Below are positions 52,031 to 63,292 of a stretch of 63,292 nucleotides of DNA, one piece after another. The translations under genes were made by a program, and so were the position numbers. The stretch is from Chiloscyllium plagiosum (Eukaryota): contig NC_057719.1 in the NCBI RefSeq assembly GCF_004010195.1, positions 16,352,892 to 16,416,183 on the forward strand. Direction: 5' to 3'. Under the pieces are notes generated by a model. The model was not told the DNA's origin. It did no database searches and saw only the letters and a list, made by a program, of their open reading frames with translations. Positions within the stretch are counted from its first letter, which is position 1. Every line of letters begins with the position of its first letter.

Positions 52031-53025
52031 GACTCTATACTACCTGGCCATTAGTCCACAGATCAATCAGCAACTTGCTTCTAGTTGATTCTCCATTTGT
52101 ACACATAGCGCTTGGCTCCAGCTTGTCTGCTAACCACCAACTACTGTTTCAAGCAGAAACACTAAGGCAGCATTTGCAAAGAGTATCAGGTTACTTGTTT
52201 TCAAAAAAAGTGTACCAATCCCTCAACAATCCTTGGTTTTTAATACAGTTCATAAGTAAAATGACAGAAAAATACAAGGTCTTTACACCTACTTTGCCAC
52301 TTTAGAAGTCTCGGAATAAAGAATTCTCGGACCCTTCTTGAAGGCCAAGCACCCCATTGTTAAAAAAATCTGACAACAGAGTCAGATTGCACATGTGCAT
52401 TAGTAGAAGTTTGACACCAGAAGAAATGCTCATGATTGAGATGCTTAATATCATTATGACACTAGGACAATGTCCAAAGGAAGAAGATGCAACACAGCTC
52501 CCTAAGTTTATAGCAATATTGACACAAAGTTAATTGGCTTGATAACAGCGTCATTCTCATCCCACCACCATATAAGGCCATTTGGACCAGAGCCATTGCA
52601 ACATGTTTGATCCATGACTGTGATGTTCGGTTGTGCAGGACAGATCTTTCTCAGACATGAAGAGTTTGAGTTACTTTGCCAATTTGGAATGTGGCTGGTT
52701 CACAATCTAGTTAAAGTGAACAAAATGCTCATAGAAGGTGAAAGGAATGCAAGCACCATGTGTACTGATGTCAAGTGCTGCACTGGCTGAATCAGACAAC
52801 ACTCATTCAGTCAATCTATATAGCTGTCAGTACAAGTGGCAGAAGTTAAATCAGCACTGTGAACTAATGTTTATCAGGAATTAGATACAACTCAAAACCA
52901 CTGATCTAGAGAAGAATTAGATTCAAGCCCTTGATTTGCAATTTGCCACATCTTTCAGTTGTGCTCAGCACACTTTACAACAATTGTGAGGCTAAAATTT
53001 AATGACTACTTCAATAATACATTAC

Positions 53026-53166
53026 CTCATTCACTAATGCAGAGTTTTCCATCTGTTTCTGTTTGAGGGCCAGCATTACTTGGTCTCTCTCATGCTGAAA
53101 CATCCCAGCTTGCTCTTGCATTGATTTCACTTCATTCAGCAGTTGATTTAACTCACCAGTCTTTCC
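53026..53166 (-). CDS. trip11: TRIP11 exon (141 nt)
   Basis: tttgaag|GGA...GAG|gtaatg; [47 protein letters not shown]; phase 0-0. Not in the ORF track; read from the sequence. Confidence 0.93.
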
Positions 53167-53448
53167 CTTCAAATTATGAAATAGAGCTGATCAATTTCAT
53201 AATGAAGCTCAAACTTAGCAGGACAGAAGGCAAGTTTATTTTAAAAATACATCAAACACCAGGACTGTAATGCTTTTGTTCGCTATGTTAAAACAAAAAG
53301 TTGGTAAGTTGAGCCACTTAGTCATGTCTAGACTTCTATTTTTTTCAAATACCAACAATACCAATTATATGAACTTTCTTCATGTTTTTAGAATGTCTAT
53401 TATATTGCTGATATAGGAATTTCAAGTCTTGGGTATTACTGGGAAAAG

Positions 53449-53629
53449 CTGAAAATGTGTTGCTGGAAAAGCNNNNNNNNNNNNNNNNNNNNNNNNNNNN
53501 NNNNNNNNNNNNNNNNNNNNNNNNNNNNNNNNNNNNNNNNNNNNTGCTGCCTGACCTGCTGCGCTTTTCCAGCAACACATTTTCAGCTCTGATCTCCAGC
53601 ATGTGCAGTTCTCACTTTTTCCTCGAAGA
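53449..53629. mobile_element. Fold-back element with an assembly gap at its centre
   Basis: Arms agctgaaaatgtgttgctggaaaagc and gcttttccagcaacacattttcagct; TSD tattactgggaaaag at 53434-53448 and 53630-53644. Confidence 0.8.
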
Positions 53630-55249
53630 TATTACTGGGAAAAGACATGTTTTGTTGAAGTTTTGCATTTGCACTCATTTATCCACACAGTACACCTGTT
53701 TCAAATCAACAAAATAGGGGCTGCCATTCGCTGGCTCCTTTCTCAGGACATTGCCTTGCTCAAGTATACAGTCATCAGGCCTGGTTTATAATTTAATTTA
53801 AAAAAAAGAACTGTGGATGCTGAAGGGGAGGAGGGTCACTGGATCTGAATCATTAACTCTGCTTTTTCTCCACGTTGCTGCCTGACTTGGTGAGTTTCTG
53901 CAGCAATTTCTGTTTTTGTATAATTTGACAAAGATTGACTGTGAACTGCCATTCTGTATTAATGGGCATATTCACCATGACAATGCCTCTATCATCAGAC
54001 TCCATTTTGTCAATCAATCAATCAATTTGCACATTATACTCGTGCTACATACAGAACTGGTATTTTCGCAAGTGACTTTATGAGTGCAAAGCAAAATGAC
54101 ACAACAAAAATGTTTATTTTCAGCAATACCCAATTCCTGCATGACCAAGTGACAATTTTAAATCTCATTTGACTAAGAGTTTTTATTCCCCTCCTCCCGC
54201 CAAGCATTTCAATCACAGGAAGCATTCACGAGCATCTTCAATACAAATGGGGGCGGAAAGTATTGAGATGCAAGAGACGGGGTTCTTCTTGAAATCACTT
54301 CAACATCCAACCAAAGAAACTATTCTATGGATGGGAAAACAAAGATCTCAAATAGTAACATGGTTTCCAGGTCAATTTTCAGACCAATGTGAAACTGCAG
54401 AAAACAGACAATCCTTTTCATTAACATAACTGGAACCATCTAATAGGAAAACAGAAATAACTTTACAATTGTAATTAGGTGATAAAATTTGCAAGTCTTT
54501 CAAATGAAGAACTGTGACTTATCTTTGACAAAGTAAATGCCGAGTCACCTCAAGTTCAATGCGGTCATAGAGAACAAAATACTTGCTTCTTTAGAGGCAT
54601 TACGTATAGAAGAAAGGAGGGATAAGAGACTTAAAAACAGAAACAGAAAATACTGGAAATACTCAGCACATTAGACAGCATTTGCTGAGAGAAAAACTAA
54701 GTTATCATTTTAATTCCTACACATATTCAGAAAATTTAATTTGGTCAAGAAATATCATTCTTGACATATTTAACAAATGCATAAATGCAAGACAATCTGG
54801 ATGAGGAACAGCATAAAACGTAGAGCTTAATGTTGGCTCCATGAGCACAAGGATCAAATCCATGTTGGAGGTGTCAAGTATATAAAGAAAAGTTATTTTG
54901 CAATCTTATGTAGCCAGAACTGAGGAGAAGATGGAATAAGAAAAAACAACAAATTAGGTTATTTAAATCAGATATGGAAAATGCAAGAAGAAAGTAAGTT
55001 TGTACACACTGGGCAACAAAGGATGTTGGGAGTGTTCCATTTTCCATAAAGTTTTCAGGAGTCCCCTCTCCTTACTAAAAGATTGGATGGAAAGAATTGT
55101 CAATAATACAGAAAATAAATGATGCACATTAACAAGAATTTAAAAGGCCCAAAATCTAGCCAATTAGGAGAAGACTGAACTTACCCAATTACAACACAAC
55201 CCAGAAAGTCTTTAAGTCTGTGTCTGATGGCTCATTGGTCTATCCTCCT

Positions 55250-56050
55250 CTAGAGGAGGCCAGATTGTGAGCGGCGAATGCAGTAGTCTAGATTGTGTGA
55301 AGTGCAGATAAAGTACTGCTTCACCTGAAAGGTGCGTTTGAGTCCTTGGATACAGAGGAGGGACGATGTGAACGGACAGGTGTTAAGTCTTCTGCTGTGA
55401 GGTTGTTGGGAGGGGGGGGGGGGGTTTGTAAGTGAAGGGAGAGTGGACCAGGGATTGGAGAAACTACATTGGGGAAACGAACACAGATTGGGTGACCGCT
55501 TCACAAGACAACCCTGAATTTCCAGTTACCTCCCACTTCAACACAAGTGTTCTGTTCCCTGGCCAACATCTGTGTCTCAGGCTTGCTGCTGTGCTCCAAC
55601 GAAGCTCAGTGCAAGCTGGAAGAGCAGCACCTCATTTTCCGCTTGGGGATTTTACAGTCTTCCAGACTCAATATTGAGCTCAATAGCTTTAGGGCTTGAG
55701 CTCTTCCATGTCCTGACCCCAATCCCACAAATCGGGTCTTGTTATCACAATCTGCTATTATACAACACCCACTGTTAGCCTTTAACATCCCCATTAATAG
55801 CTATTCGCCCTCCTAGCCAGATCGTTATCTACTTCTTTGTCTATCCAACTGTTCTTCTCTCTCTTTGGGCTCTGTTCCCACATATCGTTTACTCCTTACC
55901 CCAGTCTATCTTCTGCATATAAACTGACATTTTCCTAGTGACCATCAGTTCTGAGGAAGGGTCACACGACCCGAAACTTTAACTCTGATTTCTCGCCACA
56001 GATGCTGCCAGACCCTGCTGAGCTTTTCTAGTAATTTCTGGTTTTGTTTC
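55250..56050. mobile_element. Penelope-like element remnant (inverted piece plus GIY-YIG end and terminal repeat with hammerhead at 55947-55984)
   Basis: YIGETN motif on the plus strand; agtt-CTGAGGA-a-gggtc(acac)gaccc-GAAAC-ttt-aact. Confidence 0.75.
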
Positions 56051-56350
56051 AGCTCACTGCTTGCTCCATGAGCCCAAGGATTAAATCCAAGTTGGAGGTG
56101 TCAAGTATATGAAGAAAAGTTATTTTACAACCTTTTAAGCTGCCAGAAACTGAAAAGAAGTTGGAATGAGAACAAAAGTCAATAAATTAGGTTATTTAAG
56201 TCAGATAGGGATAATGCAATAAGAAAGCAAGTATGCACTTATTGGGGCAAAGGATGTTGCAAGTGTTACATTTTCCGTACAGTTTTCAAGAGACCCCTCT
56301 CCTCACCAACAGGAAGATTGGTTGTAAATAATTGCCATTAACACAGAAAA

Positions 56351-56570
56351 GGAGAAAGTGAGGACTGCAGATGCTGGGGATCAGAGCTTAAAAATGTGTT
56401 GCTGGAAAAGTGCAGCAGGTCAGGCAGCATCAAAAGGAGAAGGAGAATCGACGTTTCGGGCATAAGCCCTTCTTCAGGAATTCCTGAAGGGCTTATGCCC
56501 GAAACGTCGATTCTCCTTCTCCTTTGATGCTGCCTGACCTGCTGCGCTTTTCCAGCAACACATTTTTAAG
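56351..56570. mobile_element. Young 220-bp fold-back element with opposed hammerhead cores
   Basis: Near-perfect inverted arms of about 90 bp centred on ggaattcc; exact 15-bp TSD cattaacacagaaaa at 56336-56350 and 56571-56585. Confidence 0.88.
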
Positions 56571-56902
56571 CATTAACACAGAAAATCAATGATTAACGTT
56601 AACAGAAATTTAAAAGCCACAAAGTCTAGCGAATCAAGAAAAGGACTGACTACAAATTTACCCAGAAAGTCTTTAAGACTGTGCCTGATAGATTAGTTAT
56701 AGACCGATGAGCTATTTGTTGGGATGCTTTTGCTCCACTGAAAATAAGAAATGAATCAAATACAAACTGTCTTATTTAGTCAAGTAATTCTGATCAAAAT
56801 TAGAGGCACAGACGTGTTTCAATAAATTTATACTTAGTCATACGGCAAATTAATTTTAAACCTGTTCAATTGAAACTGCAAACATTAAAGTTTTGAACTA
56901 AC

Positions 56903-59900
56903 CTCTTCTTTCTCCTTCAGCAGTTTTTCTAAAGCAGAAGCCTTTTCTTTCATGGAATTTGTCTCAAATTCCCTTTCTCTCAACATCATAGAAAACTGCA
57001 TATTAGTCTCCTGCAGGGCTCGAAATTCAGTTTCTTTTTCTCTCGATTTAGCTACAATTTGGTCGTTCTCTTCTTGGACTTTATGAACATCCATCTCTAA
57101 AAATGAAATTCGCTCTTTCAGATTAGTGACAGCTTGCTTCAAAACTTCATTTTCAGCATCCCTGTTCCTTAGGTTCTCGGTCACTGATGACAACTGATCA
57201 CTTTTTGATTTAATGAGAAGATCTTTTTCCCTGAATGATCTTTGAAGCTCCTCATTTCTTTCCCTTACATGTTTCATCTCCAGGGCAGTAGCATCTTGTT
57301 CCTTTTTGCCCATTTCAGCATCTGCTGCCTGAGAGTTCAATGATTTAATGTTATTTTGAAGTTCAACTATTGTGGCCTCCTTTCCCTCTAACATCTTGTT
57401 CAAGCGTTCTACTTCTTGTTGCAGTTTTTTAATTTGGTCAAGTTGTTCTTCGGAAGAAAATCCACTGCAAGAAACTGGTGTTTGCAATACTCCAGATACT
57501 GGTACCCCATCCAACTTATCGAGTATAAGATTCTTGGTACTGCTGAGCTGCCCAATACTTTGCTGGACCTCAGCCAATTCTTGACTTAAGGTTTGCAATC
57601 TCTTCTCTTTTTGCTCGTAACTGTGAATTAATCGGTTGTAGTCTACTTGAAGCCGGGAGTTACAGTCACCATCCGTTGACAAGCGGCCCTGAAGTTTAAG
57701 GAGCTCATCCTGCAGCTGAGCAGATTCGTGCTGCATGTTCTGAACAGTAGTGATCACCTGTTGCTTCCATTCCTCCATTTTCTTTACTTGCTGTTTTAGT
57801 TTGTCACGCTCTTGCAAAAGCTCTTCAAACTGATTACTGCTCACCAAGCCTGATTCGCCTCCAGATCCCATTCCAGATGTCTGCAAGACAGTGACTAAAG
57901 TTTGGCACTTCTGGGTAAGGGCATCTATTTCCATGTCCTTCTCACGTATAATCCGGGATAAATTCTGGATTGTTTCCCGTACCATGTCTTGACTTTCATT
58001 CTCATACTTATTGACCATTTTCAGATTTTCTTCTTGTAGCTTCAACAGAGCAGCTTCTTTTGCAGCTACAATGTCCATCATTCTATGATATTCAGTCTTC
58101 AGTTGGCTGTTTTCCCTTGTCTTTTCATTTAATACTGCTAGCATTTGCTCTCTCTCCATTGCATAAGCCTGCAGTTGCTGTTGCAAGTAGGCCACATCTG
58201 CACCAACTTGCATATATGAGCCAGGTGTCACCCGCGCATGAAGTGTTTGGATCTCCACATTTTTCTGTTGAATGATTTGAGTAAGTCTACCAACTTCATC
58301 TTTGAAAATGGGTAACTGATCCAACTGCTTATTCAGAGATAAATATTTTTCATTTAATACTTTTATCTCCATTTCTTTTTCTTTCAGTCCATTAACCAGC
58401 CTGTCAATCTCCACTTTGGACAAATCATGTTTTTCATTGCCATTTTCTCCATTCACTGTTAGCACTTTAGTTTCTTGGAGAATGACTGGAGCATCTGCAG
58501 GAGAGACTGGGGCCTCCCTCTGAAACTGAGTTCTCATTTGATCAATGGACTCCTGCAAGCTGTGAATTTCTTTATCTTTCTCTGAAATTAATTTTTCATA
58601 CATTGAAGTAATCTCTTGACACTGTGTTTTTGCTTCGTCCCCTTCTTTCCCTTGTGCTTGTATAGAACGTTGAAGCTCTAAAACATTTTGCTTTTGCTGC
58701 TCAACTGTCTTTTTGTGCTGCCTTATTTCCTCTTCAAGACTGTTCTTTTTATTGTTCAGTTCAGTTATCTCTGTCTCAAGCTCGATTATTATGTCAAGGG
58801 TCTTGGGTTCAGCAGTAGGCTGAGGCCTGCTTTGTTGGTCCCGGAAGCGATCCATTTCTTCCTTGAGGTGGTTGTTTTCCTCTTTCATTGCACTTAATTG
58901 TCGGTCTTTCTCTTCAAGACATTGCTTCAAGGATTCGCAATCTCTGGAAATGTTTACATTCTTTTCAAGTTCTTGTTGTAACTCTGAACTTCTTTCGTTG
59001 AGTGCTTCAACAAATACCTCCTTTTCATTCAAAAGATCAGTCAACTGCTGCTGTCCATCCAAACTAGATTTCAGCATTTCTCTAGTCTCTTCATGGTCGG
59101 TTTCTAGTTGCTGTACAGTACGTTTGAGTTCTTCAATCTTAAAGTCCTTTTCCTGGTTAGCCTTGATAAGATGGTCATGCTCTTTCTGCAAAGCTGTTGC
59201 ATCTAAATTTCGAGCCTTTGTTAGCTCCTTGATAGTGTGCTCATATTTTGCCGCCTCTTCATTTACCCGTTTCTCAGCCTGGTTCAATTCAAACTCCAGC
59301 TGGGCCTTCTCCATTCGCAATGCCTCCAGTAAAGTGACTCCCTCCTTGGAAATCTCACTTCTACTGGCTACAGCTGCCTCAAGCTGCTCTTTAACATCAT
59401 TTATAGTTACAGTGGCTTCCTCCTTTTCTGCAGCCAATTTTTCATTCTGAATTTTGAGGTCAATTTGTAACTCATCATTTATACATTTCATTTCTGAGAC
59501 CTGTTTCCTTAGCTCGATATTTTCACTCTCTTTAACTTGCAGCAATTCTTCTTGACCTTGTTTGCTTAAAGCTTGCTGAACAGTTTGTGTTAACTCTGCC
59601 TTGACTATTGACAGTTGCGATTCAGTACTCTGCACCTTCTTCAAAAGATTTAAATTTTCAGCCTTCAAGTCAGAGCTATGCGTGTTTGATTTGCTCAAGT
59701 CCTCCATTAGGCCTTTGACCTTCATCTCCAGCTGCTGCTTGCTCATATGCAGCTCATTAAGTGCAAAAGCACTCTGACTCAGCTTGTCTCTCTGAGACTC
59801 TAGCTCTTCTACCATTAATGCCTTATCAACTGCAACAATCTCCAGTTCTGATTGCAATTCTTTGAGCTTGTTTTCAGAATCTTTCCGCTGCTGCGCCAGT

Positions 59901-59923
59901 AGATCTTTCAATGTGATCACATG
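56903..59923 (-). CDS. trip11: TRIP11 giant coiled-coil exon (3021 nt, 1007 aa; mammalian exon 11 equivalent)
   Basis: ORF 56885..59947, acceptor cttttcctaaag|CAT, donor GAG|gttagt. Contains TRIP11-specific blocks such as EKHDLSKVEIDRLV, LQQQLQAYAMEREQ, LNEKTRENSQLKTEYHRMMDIVAAKEAAL, ETIQNLSRIIREKDMEIDALTQKCQTL and EFRALQETNMQFSMMLREREFE. Confidence 0.97.
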
Positions 59924-60806
59924 CTTTAGGAAAAGAAAAGAAAGCATAATGTTATTCTGGCACGTTCAGCTGTATTCTGTTTACTGTATAAACTCACTGA
60001 ATGCCAAATTGCCAAAGGTACAAGTTGCTCCTAATGTTTCGCCATGTGCATGCCAGTTGGGAAAAAGCAATTACATATGGAAAGAGGAAGAAAGGAGAGA
60101 AAAATGGAGGAAAGAAAACAAACCAAACATTGGTACTAATGCTCAGTCATCCCATCACCAGAAACCTGTGGCTAATGTCCAAAATACAAAGAGCCAGATG
60201 GCATGGAAAGGTACAACAGGGGAAGAAAAGACTTCAAACAAAAAAAAGCAATGATCCAAAAAGATCAAAATAGACTATTTATAGTTTGTCAATAATTGCA
60301 TTTCTAAACAAATCTTTAATGATAAAAATGTGCATATTTAAAACAAAATGTAAATACTACACACTAATATTTCAATGTTTTAAACGTCCCATAATGGACT
60401 GCACAACTGAGCTCCAGACCCAAGGAAAATAAACATGCGGGGTTATGGGGAGAGAGCAGGTGCATGCAACGAATTGGCTTGTTCCAGAGAACCAGATGGT
60501 TTGATGGGCTGAATACCCTCCTTACTGTGTCATGCTGACTCGAGAAAATAACACTGAAGGACAGCCAACTTGACTGTTCTATCTGCATAAACTGCAACAA
60601 TGAAACTGGATTAAAATCATCTAAAATGCTCACCTAAAATTGCAACTACAGGAAAAATGCAACAATTCAAAGTAAACTTTCCTTATGGAATTATTTATGG
60701 AAATAATTAAAAATTGGATAATTATAACTGAACACTCATTTTTCTAAAGCAATTAGAAATAAGCAGCTAGCGATTATGGGAGTGCAAGTGATAGAATAAT
60801 GCATAC

Positions 60807-61016
60807 CTCAGTAGCTTCTTGATTCTGCTTATCCAGTTCTTCAAGTTCAGACATTAATGTGTCTTTCTGCATGGAAATCTCCAGTAATTCACTCTCTTTA
60901 GTTGACAGATTGTGCCTGAGCTCACTCACTTCCTTTGTCAGACTGTTCAGGTCTGAAAGAGAATTTCCATTCCCCGGCATATTCTGCAGCTTTGAAAGTT
61001 CCTCTTGGATAGCATC
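60807..61016 (-). CDS. trip11: TRIP11/GMAP-210 coding exon (210 nt, equivalent to mammalian exon 10); the upstream exons lie beyond the window end
   Basis: Acceptor ttcctttctatgccag|GAT and donor GAG|gtatgc. Translates DAIQEELSKLQNMPGNGNSL...ELEELDKQNQEATE, phase 0-0, continuous with the giant exon. Confidence 0.93.
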
Positions 61017-61944
61017 CTGGCATAGAAAGGAAAATAATTTTTGTCAATTTTCACACATTACTACGGAGCAGATAAAATTTTCAGCCAGTTTGTATTGTTA
61101 AAAATAGCAACTGCCTGCAATAACCAATTAACCACGTTGTCAGGTCCAGTACGGTTTTAAGTTAGAGATAAACCTTCAACCAATGTATAAAATGCATATG
61201 CTATTAAGCTGAGAAGCAATGCCTGACTCTGAGTTTAATGATTACTGTTCATGAGCTTTACAAGACATGTACGATTGTGAATGTCAACCTATTCCATGTT
61301 CAACAAGGTGGGACAACACCACTGAAGAATTGAATGTGACATGTTTTACTCAAGTTATGTCAAATTTCAGGCGCAACATATATCACATTCTAGAAAACCA
61401 CATTCAGCTTCAAAAAACAGAAACTGCTTAAAAAAAACTTAGCAGGTCTGGCAGTATCTGTGGAGAGAAATCAGAGTTAACATTTCAGGTTGAGTGACCC
61501 CTCAGTGGGGTCATAAGAAAGGTCACTGGACTGGAAACATTAACTGTGATTTCTCTCCATAAATGCTGCCAAAGCAGCCGGGTTTTTACAGCAATTTCTG
61601 TTTTCATTTCTGATTTACAGCATTCAGAGTTTTCACATAATCAGCTTGGATTAGTGCAGAACCAGCAAGTACACACTCAAGCTCAGAGAATTTCAGGGTA
61701 GATTGATAGAACAAGGACTTACAGACACTCTCAACAAGCAGACAAAAACATTTATAATTGTACAGCATTGAAAACAACACAATTTAAGAAAGGTGAGCAC
61801 AAGCGAGACTATTCTACTGTTATCTAAACTGCACCACAATCTTGTTTGCAATCAGAGTGCAGTGAGGAGAAACTCATTTTCCAGTACCGTAATGCCTCAT
61901 AGGTTCCATTAGTGTGCCAGGTTAACAGATTACTTGTTAGCAGT

Positions 61945-63292
61945 ATTATGCAATTATAAAGCCAACATATGATCTTCCTAATTGCTCACTGCATCTGCTT
62001 GCTGGCCTTCGGTGTCTTATGTTTAAGATCACCCAAGTCCCTTTGACTTCAACACATCCCAATCGTTCACCATTTAATAAATACTCTACATTTCTAATTT
62101 TCCTCCCAAAGTGAAAAACTTCAAAATTATATTCCATTAGCCACACCCTTGTCCATTCACTTAACCGATCCAAATCAATTTGAAGCTTCTGATTCTATGA
62201 ATCCTCTGCACAACTCAGCGCCAGATTGTTGTTTTGTCATCCATAAACTTGGAAATGTCATACTTTATTTGGTCCCTCCATATAAAGCATTGATATACAG
62301 TGTGACGAGCTTAGGCCATTGCACTGATCTTTGCAGTATTTCAATAGTCACAGCTGGCTGACCTCAACGACCAGTTTACTCTTCACCTGCTTTCTGTCAG
62401 TTAAACAATTCTCAGTCCACACCAGTACATTTGCACAATTTCATGTACTCTAATTTTGCATTCTGACCTGCCTTGTGGGACTTTATAGAGTCAGAGATGT
62501 AGAGGACAGAAACAGACTTGTCTAACTCATCATGCAGACCAAATATATTAAATAAAACTCATCCTATTTGCCAGCATTTGGCCCACATCCCTCTCAACCC
62601 TTCCTGTTCATATACCCACCCAGATGCCTTTTAAATATTGTAACTGTACCAGCCTCAATCACTACCTCTGGCAGCTCAATCCATACACACACCACCCTGT
62701 GAGAAAATGTTGCCCCTTTAGATCCCTTTTATATCTTTTTCCTCTCACCCTAAACCAATGCCATCTGGTTTTGGACTCCCCCACCCCAGGAAACGACCTT
62801 GTCTATTTATCCTATCCAGGCCCCTCATGATTTTGTAAACCTCTGCAAGGTCACCCCTCAACCTCCGACACTCCAGGAAAAATAAGCCCAGTCTATTCAG
62901 CCTCTCCCTGTAGCTCATACCCTTCAATCCTGGCAACATCCTTCTAAATCTTCTCTGCAGTTGAAACTTTATTGCTGGAACAGCACAGCAGGTCAGGCAG
63001 CATCCAGGCTGGCAACATCCTTGTAAATCTTCTCTGAACCCTTTCAAGTTTCACAACATCCTTTCGATAAGAAGGAGACGAGAACTGCACACTATATTCC
63101 AAAAGTGGCCTAACCAACATCCTGTACGGCCACAACGTGATCTCCCAATTCCTGTACTCAATACTCTGACCAATAAAGGAAAGTATACCAAACACCTTCT
63201 TCATGATCCTATCTACCTGCAACTCCACTTTCAAGGAATTGTGAACCTACAATCCAAGGTCTCTTTGTTCAGCAACACTCCCTAGGACCTTA
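61945..63292 (-). mobile_element. CR1 fragments (older about 61945-62485; younger 62487 to window end)
   Basis: DRLSEWTRVWLMEYN, LVRPLLEYSVQFSSPSYRKDVVKLERVQRRFTRMLP and RRLRGDLAEVYKIMRG. Confidence 0.88.

Noticed and set aside
53473..53544. N runs here and at 11165-11214
   Set aside because: Assembly gaps inside hairpin or nested repeats, not biological features.
58863..59450. 195-aa plus-strand ORF (and similar ORFs at 57372, 58060, 58688, 47758, 24343 and 60859)
   Set aside because: Ser/Phe/Cys-rich antisense shadows of the Glu/Lys/Gln-rich trip11 exons.
59950..60270. Purine-rich stretch with Lys-rich ORFs; possible alternative exon before the giant exon
   Set aside because: On the gene strand it is a pyrimidine-rich intron end. 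The candidate splice sites are weak and there is no recognisable homology.

Overview
Vertebrate genomic DNA, very likely from a shark: it carries an HE1-type V-SINE, Deu-domain SINEs, abundant CR1 and several Penelope-like families, a repeat set typical of bamboo-shark-like elasmobranchs (species is an inference). The window holds the 3' part of trip11 (golgin GMAP-210) on the minus strand. I delimited twelve coding exons by GT-AG sites (61016-60807, 59923-56903, 53166-53026, 47987-47794, 40646-40483, 33373-33270, 24461-24362, 17819-17738, 14679-14565, 13579-13451, 9904-9757, 8902-8685). They join in phase into 4626 nt, or 1541 aa plus stop, including the coiled-coil giant exon, the GRAB domain, the GA1 motif and the C-terminus. 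The introns and 3' flank are dense in CR1, L2, L1/Tx1, Rex1-like, SINE, solo-LTR, MITE and Penelope-like (GIY-YIG) remnants. The most notable non-coding signal is a dispersed set of minimal hammerhead-ribozyme cores (CTGAnGA - stem II - GAAA - palindromic stem III - cleavage triplet) with covarying stems. They occur in at least five different repeat termini, many within short (about 180-240 bp) fold-back elements flanked by 11-16 bp target-site duplications. Other observations are local templated duplications, a possible decayed U6 copy and a possible antisense exon.
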